From: Bacteroidales bacterium
GTDB lineage: Bacteria; Bacteroidota; Bacteroidia; Bacteroidales; WCHB1-69
Length of the DNA stretch: 64,000 nucleotides
Reading direction: 5' to 3'
NCBI GenBank assembly: GCA_017964255.1
Contig: JAGCSI010000146.1
Span: forward strand, 5,860 to 69,859
The translations under genes and the position numbers were made by a program. The notes under the pieces were generated by a model. The model did not search any database. It had not been told where the DNA came from and saw only the letters and a list, made by a program, of their open reading frames with translations. Shown piece by piece: positions 17,059 to 26,033 of this stretch. How positions within the stretch are numbered: the stretch's first letter is position 1; each line of letters opens with the position of its first letter.

Positions 17059-17469
17059 AACTACGGCAATTGTCGCCGCGATTTCACTTACATTGACGAT
17101 ATAGTTGAGGGAATAGTAAGAGTGATGGCCAAGGCTCCGGAGAAGAAGACTGGCGAGGATGGACTGTCGGTTCCTCCCTATGCGTTGTATAACATCGGTG
17201 GAGGCCAACCCGAGAATCTCCTGGATTTTGTACAGACCTTGCAGGAAGAACTGTTGAGAGCGGGTGTTCTTCCGCAGGATTACGATTTTGAAGCTCACGA
17301 GCAGCTGGTTCCGATGCAGCCTGGCGATGTGCCCGTTACGTATGCGGATAGTACCGCATTAGAGAGAGATTTTGGCTTTACTCCAAAGATAACGTTGCAA
17401 GAAGGTTTGAGAAAGTTCGCGGAGTGGTATAGAGAATACTATAAAAAGAACGAAATAGTGCGAGGATAA
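17059..17469 (+). pseudogene. Orphan 3' fragment (~135 codons) of a second epimerase allele
   Basis: 17059-17450 aligns with 15411-15795 (NCRRDFTYIDDIVEGIVRVM...KFAEWY), with many substitutions; I estimate roughly four-fifths identity by eye. No N-terminal half is present. Confidence 0.85.
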
Positions 17470-17983
17470 AGAAGACATCAAAAACATAACAAGAAAAGGA
17501 GAAGCACGGAAGTATCCATTGTGGTATACGGAGATAGCATGGGGTAGCAGAGTGGAAGAAGATTGGGAACACCTCACGATAGCGAGGAAAGTTGAAGATA
17601 TTGATAAGCCGAATACGAGCGTGGAGCGCGAGAAAAAATACTCAAAACGATGAACAACTCAATAGAACAATTTGAAGATATGTATTCTCGCTGGGCGTTG
17701 CTAGACAAGTTGGGGAAGGAGATATAATTGGCGGAGAAGTGGCAGAGAACACAGGATATTTATCAGGTATTACAGTGGTCGTATAGGGTTAATGGAAGGC
17801 TCACAGCGGAAGAGTGTAATTACGTGAAGCAGTTGAACCAGTGGTTCCAGGTGCTGCAAGCACAGAAAATGGAGGTTGACATAGATTTTGCTAATGAGAT
17901 GATGAAGCACCTTGCTAAGATGATGGTGAGCCGCCTGTAATAGAATTGCGAACTAAAAGATTTGTGTAAACAACGACGACGAT

Positions 17984-18106
17984 ATGGCATCCAAATTACG
18001 TCTTGAGATTCACCGTATAACCCTCCAAAAGCAAGTCTATGATGACGTTGTTCGGTTGGTGTCAGTAGACGTACCAAAAGTTGACGATGACGATTTGCCG
18101 TTATGA
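17984..18106 (+). CDS. Possible 40-aa small ORF, translationally coupled to the next gene
   Basis: It reads MASKLRLEIHRITLQKQVYDDVVRLVSVDVPKVDDDDLPL. Its TGA overlaps the ATG at 18103 (ATGA). It falls below the ORF-track length cutoff. Confidence 0.3.
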   Translation: MASKLRLEIHRITLQKQVYDDVVRLVSVDVPKVDDDDLPL

Positions 18107-18897
18107 CAAATAATAATGTATTTAAAATTATGATCAGATTTTTGTTTTTGTTTTTAACATTGCCATTCCTTTCTTGTTCAATCTCAGAAGAGGACCCAAT
18201 AGGAACAATCGATCAAGTCGTGCAAGACACGACAACTAGTATAGATACAATAATAGAAGTAAGCCCCGATACTGCGTTATTCTTGTATAAACATAAAGAG
18301 ACAAATGCTTATGCAATGCCACCTCAAGAAAAAAAGAAAACCCATTTTGATTGGGGTTTCATAGCTGTGTTAATAGCACTAATTGCCTTATGTGTGAATT
18401 TTATTCAGTCAAAAAAAAGTAGCAATCAAGCAGAAAAAACGTATGACAAATTTGTCACAACATCAGAAAAACAGTTTAATATACAAACGAATACTCTTGA
18501 AACAATAAAAAACCAGACAGAAAAGATTTATAGCAACAATAATAAAAGAGATTTTATCGGTTATCTATCAGATTGTTATACTTCAATAGGCTTGGTGGGT
18601 AAATATTTGAAAGATAATTTCTCAAATATTATTTGGAACGTACAAACCAATGATTATGTGTTTGGATTATTACAACCAGCCATTAAGGCAGCCACGGCAA
18701 TGGAAATTACGCTATCCTCATTAGAAGAGTTTGATAATAATGAGGAATTTGTAAATTCGGTAAAACTATGTGCTAAATTGGGTGAAAAAGAATTCATTAA
18801 TCGTGAAGATGTAGAATTGATGATTCATCAGTTAGAGGAATGTAAAATTGTTTTTGAAAAATACATTAAAAAATTAAAAGGAGGACAAAATGAATAA
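18103..18897 (+). CDS. Membrane-anchored hypothetical protein (possible lipoprotein signal plus one internal TM)
   Basis: 264 aa. The N-terminus is hydrophobic with a Cys (FLFLTLPFLSCS). There is an internal TM (FIAVLIALIALCVNFI) and a helical C-terminal domain. Confidence 0.6.
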   Translation: MTNNNVFKIMIRFLFLFLTLPFLSCSISEEDPIGTIDQVVQDTTTSIDTIIEVSPDTALFLYKHKETNAYAMPPQEKKKTHFDWGFIAVLIALIALCVNFIQSKKSSNQAEKTYDKFVTTSEKQFNIQTNTLETIKNQTEKIYSNNNKRDFIGYLSDCYTSIGLVGKYLKDNFSNIIWNVQTNDYVFGLLQPAIKAATAMEITLSSLEEFDNNEEFVNSVKLCAKLGEKEFINREDVELMIHQLEECKIVFEKYIKKLKGGQNE

Positions 18898-21109
18898 TTT
18901 AGAATTGAATACTTGTTTGAGGTACACTCCTTTTGATAACAAGGTTGCAACTATTTTTGGCAATGATGCTGATGCGGTGAAGTCCTTTTATGATAATTTG
19001 TTTGAGCAGTATGAACAAAAATATTATAATCCACTGAAGCAAAAACTGGATTCTGCCATTCAGGCTATTGAAAAAAGGTTTATATATTTTGTGGGACCTG
19101 CTGGTTCTGGGAAGACAACATTCCTGCATTATTATTTCATGAATATACCCAAAGAAGACAATGTCAATTATAGTTTTGTCAATTTGGTTGAGTACCCAGC
19201 AATCTCTATGGATGATGATACACTGAAGAGAAGTCTTTGCAACTATATTGACAATGTGCTGGATGAAGAAGCAATAAATAGGTTTATAGATAAATATTTG
19301 GAAAGTGGAAGTCACATGTCCGCTTTAGTAGAAGGAGGCCAGTATAAAGATACTCAATTGCTTAATTTTCTGTTCAGGAGAAAATACGAGAATAAACTTA
19401 GCGCTTTGACGAGTTTGCTTAATTGTTACAACCCTGTCCAACTAGCTGCTATTTTTGTCATCTTGTCCATTTATAAAAAGAATGGTAAAGAAGCACAAAA
19501 TGTCTTTGTGTTCGATAATATAGATGAATTGTCATCCACGTATATAGGAAAAAAATTTGTTTCTTTTGTGTTGGATGTGTTTTCTGTCGTTCAAGAATTT
19601 TTTTATACAATAGACACGACTTTTTTTGAGACAGGTTCACCTTATATCGACCATTGTACTTTTCTCATTGCCATACGAGCCATAAATGCTAAACTTCTTG
19701 GAGAGAGCCAACAACTAAACGAAAGGGTCAGGTCTCAAAATGTAAAGATAGAATTTAATCCTTATATTTATTCCTATCCAAAGATGTTGAAAAAAAGGAT
19801 TGATTTTTACGCTGGCATTTCACAAGGTATAGATGAAACAGAGAAGAGATTGGCCTTCCGTAGATATAGTCAGATGGTGGCTGATGAGAAACAATATGTA
19901 GTGAGCCATCTTGAACCATTATTGAACTTTGATAGGCGTATTCTCACTTTGTCTTTCAATGATATTCTTAATAAATCAACTTGGTTCGGTAATTTAGAGT
20001 CACTTCCTGATGGTATTGGACGTAGAGGGGCTGTTATTCTTAATACGCTTGATTTTCTTTATCACGAAAACAACAACTCCTCCATGTTTGCCACTTATGT
20101 TCAAAATGACATCAAATGCAATACAAAAGAAGAGTCTAAAAAGTGTAATATTCATCGTATGTGTTTTACATTGCTGAGCAATTTAAGCGGTTTGAGTTCT
20201 ATCGCAAAAAACCAAAGATCAAATGTTCTTAATGATGAAAGTGTATTCTTCGAACATTTGGAAGGAGTAAGATTAGATTTATTTGTCAATCGGTTGCGTA
20301 AATGGTATTCGGACGACGAAATAAAAAATGTTTTGGACAAATTGGTTAGCATTTCCTCGTCCAACTATGAAGTCCCTGTATTCCTTGAAGGGGATGTTGT
20401 TGATACATTTACTGAGACTTATTACAAATCGCAAGAAACAAACATCTCTACGCCATCATATGTCCATTCGCTTGTTGACCACGTAATGACAATGTCAGAC
20501 TCGGCTAAACAGAGTGTTTCTATTAAAATAAACCCACTTTGTGTCATTTACCCTTACCATATTTTTATTCATTTTGAATATTTTAATCTGCTCTCTTTTT
20601 ATGCTCCTGGGCAAAAAAACAATGATATATTAAAACCATTGTTTATAATTGATGATAAAAAAGAGCTTAGGGAATGTCTTGATAGAGTTTGGTTGACGTT
20701 CGAAAATATGATAAATGGCATGCAGACACATTTTTGCAATGAGTGTGGAGGGAATTGCAAAAAAAATGTCAATGGAACAAAGTGCAAAGAACAAGTTCTC
20801 AAATTTAAGGACAAGGACTTCTGTTTCAATGGTGCATTGTATTCTACAAGATGTATCTCTTCAATAGTGAATTATCTAGACTATTATCGAACTTTCATTT
20901 GGAAAAAGTCAGAGTTGGATAAAGAGATTCAGAATATACTCATTACAGAAATCAGAAAATATATTGATAAATATTGGGAAAAGAAGATACAAGACGACAC
21001 CGCGAAGGAGAAAATGGCCGAAATAAGTCGCAATATTAGGGATATTGAGGGGAAGGGTGAATACGCAAAATCCTGTATGTTGGAGTCAGATGATTTTGGA
21101 ATCAATTAG
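18890..21109 (+). CDS. Large P-loop NTPase of unknown family
   Basis: 739 aa. It overlaps the upstream gene by 8 nt. The motifs are Walker A GPAGSGKT (nt 19094-19117) and Walker B-like NVFVFDNIDE. A Cys cluster (CNECGGNCKKNVNGTKC) lies near the C-terminus. Confidence 0.7.
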   Translation: MNNLELNTCLRYTPFDNKVATIFGNDADAVKSFYDNLFEQYEQKYYNPLKQKLDSAIQAIEKRFIYFVGPAGSGKTTFLHYYFMNIPKEDNVNYSFVNLVEYPAISMDDDTLKRSLCNYIDNVLDEEAINRFIDKYLESGSHMSALVEGGQYKDTQLLNFLFRRKYENKLSALTSLLNCYNPVQLAAIFVILSIYKKNGKEAQNVFVFDNIDELSSTYIGKKFVSFVLDVFSVVQEFFYTIDTTFFETGSPYIDHCTFLIAIRAINAKLLGESQQLNERVRSQNVKIEFNPYIYSYPKMLKKRIDFYAGISQGIDETEKRLAFRRYSQMVADEKQYVVSHLEPLLNFDRRILTLSFNDILNKSTWFGNLESLPDGIGRRGAVILNTLDFLYHENNNSSMFATYVQNDIKCNTKEESKKCNIHRMCFTLLSNLSGLSSIAKNQRSNVLNDESVFFEHLEGVRLDLFVNRLRKWYSDDEIKNVLDKLVSISSSNYEVPVFLEGDVVDTFTETYYKSQETNISTPSYVHSLVDHVMTMSDSAKQSVSIKINPLCVIYPYHIFIHFEYFNLLSFYAPGQKNNDILKPLFIIDDKKELRECLDRVWLTFENMINGMQTHFCNECGGNCKKNVNGTKCKEQVLKFKDKDFCFNGALYSTRCISSIVNYLDYYRTFIWKKSELDKEIQNILITEIRKYIDKYWEKKIQDDTAKEKMAEISRNIRDIEGKGEYAKSCMLESDDFGIN

Positions 21110-21156
21110 AGATTATAAAATTTGGTGGCGTTTGATCCAATTAGAAATATACAAAG

Positions 21157-22179
21157 ATGAATATATTAGTTACTGGCGGAGCCGGGTTTATAGGTAGCCA
21201 TACCTTAATTGAGCTATATGCTGCAGGGCATACTGCTGTTGTGATAGATAACTTGAGCAATAGCAATCCTGTTGCATTGAAAAGAGTAGCAGAAATCATA
21301 GGCATTAAGAATATCCCCTTTTATAAGGTAGATATCCGTGACCGCGAAGGGTTAGAGAAGGTATTTGAAGAGCATCAATTTGATGCATGTATTCATTTCG
21401 CTGGCCTAAAGGCGGTAGGAGAGAGCGTGGAAAAACCATGGGAGTACTACGATAATAATATTGGCGGTACTCTTACTTTGCTGGATGTGATGCGTAAACA
21501 TGGTTGCAAGAACATTATCTTTAGTTCCAGCGCAACTGTTTATGGTGATCCTGCTGAGATTCCAATAACCGAAAACTGTCCTAAAGGTCAATGCACCAAC
21601 CCTTACGGCTGGACAAAAAGTATGTTAGAACAAGTGCTGATGGATATGCAGAAAGCAGATCCAGAATGGAATGTAGTGCTGCTTCGTTACTTCAACCCCG
21701 TGGGTGCGCATCCGAGCGGACGCATTGGCGAGAATCCAAATGGCATCCCCAACAACCTGATGCCGTACATTACACAGGTAGCAGTAGGCAAGCGTAAAGA
21801 ACTGGGCGTGTTTGGCAATGATTACGACACTCCTGATGGTACAGGCGTTCGCGACTATATCCATGTTGTTGATCTTGCCGATGCTCATGTTTGTGCTCTT
21901 AAGGCATTAGAACGTAAATGCGGCCTTGGAATCTTCAATGTGGGCACCGGCCACGGATATAGCGTGCTGGATATGGTGAAGGTTTTTATCCGTGTGAATA
22001 GAGTGGATGTTCCTTATAGCATCAAGCCACGTCGAGCCGGGGATATTGCTACCTGTTATTGTAATCCTTCCAAAGCAGAATCAGAACTCGGATGGAAAGC
22101 CAAGTATGGTATTGAAGAAATGGTACGCGATAGTTGGAACTGGCAACGACAAAACCCAGAAGGATATAATGAAGAATAG
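21157..22179 (+). CDS. galE: UDP-glucose 4-epimerase
   Basis: 340 aa. It has MNILVTGGAGFIGSH, the catalytic YGWTK (a YxxxK motif), and typical GalE length and C-terminus. Confidence 0.9.
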   Translation: MNILVTGGAGFIGSHTLIELYAAGHTAVVIDNLSNSNPVALKRVAEIIGIKNIPFYKVDIRDREGLEKVFEEHQFDACIHFAGLKAVGESVEKPWEYYDNNIGGTLTLLDVMRKHGCKNIIFSSSATVYGDPAEIPITENCPKGQCTNPYGWTKSMLEQVLMDMQKADPEWNVVLLRYFNPVGAHPSGRIGENPNGIPNNLMPYITQVAVGKRKELGVFGNDYDTPDGTGVRDYIHVVDLADAHVCALKALERKCGLGIFNVGTGHGYSVLDMVKVFIRVNRVDVPYSIKPRRAGDIATCYCNPSKAESELGWKAKYGIEEMVRDSWNWQRQNPEGYNEE

Positions 22180-22186
22180 ATGAACT

Positions 22187-22246
22187 TGCGGCATCAGGCC
22201 TATGCGCAGCCGGAGCCGTTCAGGGGCAGGAGGGCAGCAACACAGC
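22187..22246 (+). promoter_or_regulatory. Leader RNA motif, copy B (5' half only, degenerate)
   Basis: The sequence ATGCGCAGCCGGAGCCGTTCAGGGGCAGGAGGGCAGCAACACAGC aligns block for block with copies C and D. It lacks the third hairpin. Confidence 0.4.
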
Positions 22247-22386
22247 ATGAGTGCAACACTGAACTTAAACAATGAAAATACTAGACTTCGATGAAGCTTG
22301 ATTGTTCAGTAGAAATATAGTTGCTCTGTAAGAGCCCTATAGTATAGAACGTCATAAATGATTGATTATAATAATTCATTTTATTA

Positions 22387-23393
22387 ATGAAGCAACGTAA
22401 TTATTCTATAGATAGTTTAAAATTTATATGCGCTGTCCTTGTCGTTTTTCTTCATACGCAATGGAATTTTCAAGATGAATTCCTACCTATTACGAGATGT
22501 GCCGTTCCATGTTTCTTTATTATTTCAGGATATCTTCTTTATGAAGGAAGTGGGATAAAGCCAGAACGTCTGAAGCGCAATATTTCTCATGTTGTCAAAA
22601 TTTCATTGTGGGCAAGCATATTCTATATTGTTTGGATAGAGACGGTGTCATTACTAACGCTTCGTGAAGTGTGGCTTCCAACATCTAGAAATATTGTGGA
22701 TTGAATTCTCTTTAATGAAACTCCGTTTTGTTTTCATCTTTGGTACCTTTTTGCATATTTATATGTGCTTCTTATTATGATGGTGATCAACAGGTATAAC
22801 TTGTGGAAGTTTCTCTATATAGCAGTTCCGGTTTTGTTATTGACCGACTTAGCGTTTGGAACTTATAGTATTGTTCTATGGGGTTGGGAACTACCATTCT
22901 ATTATGTTAGGAATTTTCTTTTTGTAGGATTGCCCTATTTTGCTATAGGAACGATGATAAAAAAACTAAAGAGGTCTTCGTGTGGCCTCAAGGCCATAAT
23001 AGCCAGGTTCAATGTGCAGTATATGTTTAGTGTTTTAATGTGGTGGGGGTGGTAATTGTTTGTATATTAACAACTTATGCAGAAAAGTCTTTACTACTGT
23101 CTTTAGACTCTTGTGCAACAAGAGAGCATTATTTAAGTTCAACATTCTTGTCAATTTCTATTTTTTTGTTAGCATTGACATATAAAAGTGCCTCTAAGTC
23201 ATTGTTCTCTGAAATGGGCGAAAAAGATTCTTTGTATATCTATATTTTTCATCCATTATTCATTTCCTTGTGCAATGCATTGTTCATAAAGATTCACATG
23301 CAAGCAATATATTTGTGGGTAGCACCAATAATAGTGTTGATAACAACAATGGTTTTTGTTAAGTGTATTAGAAAGTTGAAGTTTGTCAAATGA
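22387..23393 (+). pseudogene. Acyltransferase family 3 (O-acyltransferase) gene broken into three ORFs
   Basis: ORFs 22387..22704, 22765..23055 and 23040..23393 are consecutive hydrophobic pieces. The first begins with the family-typical SLKFICAVLVVFLHT. Stops and frameshifts lie between the pieces. Confidence 0.7.
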
Positions 23394-23520
23394 GTTTCAC
23401 TAACAGTAAAAAAAGGACACATAAACGTGAACCATGTGTTAAAGAATATTAGTGTTTATACAGATGTAATTCGAACAGGAATAAAATATCAATAAATCAT
23501 TAAAGGTTATCTTTTTGAAA

Positions 23521-23652
23521 CAAGCGGCTCGGTCTTTATGCGCAGCCGGAGCCGCTTTAGGGGCGAAAGAGCATCCACACACTCTGGCCGCCCCAGATAT
23601 AGTGGCAGAAAGTTCCCGCTGGTCTCTCAAAAATGGTATAATTCCCAGCGGG
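23521..23652 (+). ncRNA. Candidate structured leader RNA, copy C (three hairpins)
   Basis: H1 is AGCGGCTC/GAGCCGCT (23523-30/23549-56), H2 is GGGGCG/CGCCCC (23560-65/23589-94) and H3 is CCCGCTGG/CCAGCGGG (23615-22/23645-52). The H3 loop TCTCTCAAAAATGGT is conserved. The element lies 68 nt upstream of ugd copy 2. Confidence 0.55.
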
Positions 23653-23719
23653 TCTGCCAATAACTTGCAAGAAAACGATTGCTATGGCAATTGAACTAAA
23701 ATATTGAAATCTTACAATT

Positions 23720-25075
23720 ATGAAAATATCAGTAGCAGGTACTGGCTATGTAGGCATGAGTATTGCCACATTGCTGGCACAACACAATGAAGTAACCGCT
23801 GTGGACGTGGTTCCAGAGCGTGTTGACTTGGTAAATAATAGGAAGTCACCTATACAGGATGACTACATAGAGGATTATCTTGCAAACAAGTCACTCAATA
23901 TCAAGGCAACTCTTGACCAGGAAGCTGGGTATCGTGACGCTGACTTTGTGGTGATAGCAGCGCCAACGAACTATGATGTAAAGAAGAACTTCTTCGACAC
24001 GAGTCATGTTGAAGAGGTAATTGATGCGGTGCTGATGGTGAATCCCGATGCTGTAATGGTTATCAAGAGTACCATCCCCGTGGGCTATACTCGTAGCCTC
24101 TATGTGAAATATGCAGCAAAGGGCGTAAAGAAGTTTAACCTGCTGTTTTCTCCTGAATTTTTGCGTGAAAGCAAGGCTTTGTACGATAATCTCTATCCTA
24201 GTCGTATCATCGTTGGTATTCCTAAGATGATGAGTGACGAGTTCAAGGAGGAAAACGATGCAATTAAGCAAGTAACAGACCTCAACTGGCTCACAGAACG
24301 TGCCCATGTGTTCTCTCAACTCCTCGTAGAGGGAGCTATTGGACCTTCAAAGGACTCTCAGCCTGTACCTGAAACTTGGAACTTGAAAACTGAAACAGAC
24401 AAGGGTATCCCTTGTTTGTTTATGGGTATGAAAGAGGCAGAGGCCGTAAAACTCTTTGCAAATACCTATTTGGCTCTTCGTGTAAGCTATTTCAACGAAC
24501 TGGACACCTACGCTGAAGTGAAGGGTTTGGATACACAGGCCATTATCGAAGGTGTTGGTCTTGACCCTCGTATAGGTACTCACTATAACAACCCCAGCTT
24601 TGGTTATGGTGGTTATTGCTTGCCTAAAGATACCAAGCAGCTGCTTGCAAACTATGAAGATGTGCCAGAAGATTTGATTCGTGCTATTGTAGAGAGCAAC
24701 CGCACACGTAAGGACTACATTGCCGATTCTGTCCTTAAACGTGCAGGTTACTATGATGCAAGCAGTCTTTATGATTCTGAAAGAGAACAGCGGTGTGTGA
24801 TTGGCGTGTATCGTCTTACAATGAAGAGCAACAGCGACAATTTCCGCCAGAGTGCCATTCAGGGCATTATGAAACGCATCAAGGCCAAGGGTGCAGAAGT
24901 AATCATCTACGAACCCGCCTTACCTGATGGAGATACCTTCTTTGGTTCGCTTGTTGTCAATGACCTTGCCACATTCAAGGCCAAGAGTCAAGCAATTATA
25001 GCCAACCGCTATGACAGTTGTCTTGATGATGTAAGGGGAAAAGTTTATACCAGAGATATCTTTAAAAGAGATTAA
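23720..25075 (+). CDS. ugd: UDP-glucose 6-dehydrogenase (copy 2)
   Basis: 451 aa and collinear with copy 1. A 38-nt run is identical between the copies (23780-23817 = 4379-4416). The low-complexity loop differs from copy 1 ([15 protein letters not shown]). Confidence 0.9.
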   Translation: MKISVAGTGYVGMSIATLLAQHNEVTAVDVVPERVDLVNNRKSPIQDDYIEDYLANKSLNIKATLDQEAGYRDADFVVIAAPTNYDVKKNFFDTSHVEEVIDAVLMVNPDAVMVIKSTIPVGYTRSLYVKYAAKGVKKFNLLFSPEFLRESKALYDNLYPSRIIVGIPKMMSDEFKEENDAIKQVTDLNWLTERAHVFSQLLVEGAIGPSKDSQPVPETWNLKTETDKGIPCLFMGMKEAEAVKLFANTYLALRVSYFNELDTYAEVKGLDTQAIIEGVGLDPRIGTHYNNPSFGYGGYCLPKDTKQLLANYEDVPEDLIRAIVESNRTRKDYIADSVLKRAGYYDASSLYDSEREQRCVIGVYRLTMKSNSDNFRQSAIQGIMKRIKAKGAEVIIYEPALPDGDTFFGSLVVNDLATFKAKSQAIIANRYDSCLDDVRGKVYTRDIFKRD

Positions 25076-25076
25076 A

Positions 25077-26033
25077 ATGGGATCATATTCAAGAAATTAT
25101 CCGTTTGACTTAGCCCGCTCCATTTGTGTGATATGGATAGTGGGGTTTTGGCACATGTTACAATATTTGCCAGACGAACTGCAACTGAGCGATACGGCAT
25201 TACCCATATTCAAAAGTATTACTATGGGTGTTTTGTCTTGTTTTACCTTTTTGTCAGGATATTTCTTGAAAAAATATGATTTTCATGATATTCAGGATGT
25301 GTTGTTTTTCTATAAAAAGAGATTCCTGCGCTTCTATCCTCTGTTTGTCATAGCAACCTTTAGCCTTATTATTTGCGGAAGTACTATTCGTCAGATAATA
25401 TTAGCAATCGTAGGTTTGTCCCTTCTTTGCCCCCCCCCTATAGAGACATTGTGGTATTTTAGCATGCTCCTTCTCTTCTATTTAATGACCCCTTTATTGA
25501 AAATACGAATGGACGAATGGCGAAAGAATGTAGTTCCAATCGTTCTAATTCTATCAGTTTTAGTGTTAGGTTATATTTTCTTCGACAAAAGGCTTATCAT
25601 TTATTTTCCGTTCTATGTTTTGGGGTTGAATATCACTAATCATACTGTAGATAGAATGCTCAATCCATGGACTTTAGCTGTGTCAATAGCTGTATTTGTA
25701 GTTATATGTATATGGGGCCAATACAACATAATTGTTCAAATCGTTCAGTCATTATGTGGATTGATTGCAATACTATCCTTTTGTAAGCTTGTCTATTTCG
25801 GTGGGTTGCAGCGTTCTGTTTCTTTTGTTGCAGAAGCCTCGATGTGTGCATATCTGTTCCACAGACCTTTATATACCATCGTCTTGGTGGCTTTACGTAA
25901 ACTTACGCAGTATCAATATATGTCTATCCCAATAGCATTGATATCAATAGTTGTTTTGTTCTTAATAGCTTACTTTGTACAAATATTATATAACAGATTG
26001 ATTCAACAAATATCGTTAAAATATGGAAGATAA
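25077..26033 (+). CDS. Acyltransferase family 3 membrane O-acyltransferase
   Basis: 318 aa and multi-TM throughout. The N-terminus (FDLARSICVIWIVGFWH) resembles acyltransferase_3 proteins. Confidence 0.65.
   Translation: MGSYSRNYPFDLARSICVIWIVGFWHMLQYLPDELQLSDTALPIFKSITMGVLSCFTFLSGYFLKKYDFHDIQDVLFFYKKRFLRFYPLFVIATFSLIICGSTIRQIILAIVGLSLLCPPPIETLWYFSMLLLFYLMTPLLKIRMDEWRKNVVPIVLILSVLVLGYIFFDKRLIIYFPFYVLGLNITNHTVDRMLNPWTLAVSIAVFVVICIWGQYNIIVQIVQSLCGLIAILSFCKLVYFGGLQRSVSFVAEASMCAYLFHRPLYTIVLVALRKLTQYQYMSIPIALISIVVLFLIAYFVQILYNRLIQQISLKYGR

Noticed and set aside
17122-17469. 115-aa ORF annotated as a possible small epimerase-like gene
   Set aside because: Homology to the epimerase continues upstream of its ATG, to about 17059, without a start or an N-terminal Rossmann half. 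It is a gene fragment, not an independent gene.
17500-17940. Small ORFs (a 25-codon ORF at 17651 and a 70-codon TTG ORF at 17728) between the epimerase fossil and the 18103 module
   Set aside because: The reading frames are interrupted by stops and shifts and have no motifs. They look like fragments of a decayed gene, and the evidence is not enough to annotate them.
23439-23660. 73-aa minus-strand ORF
   Set aside because: It covers the structured leader element, copy C. The stem covariation argues for RNA-level rather than protein-level constraint.
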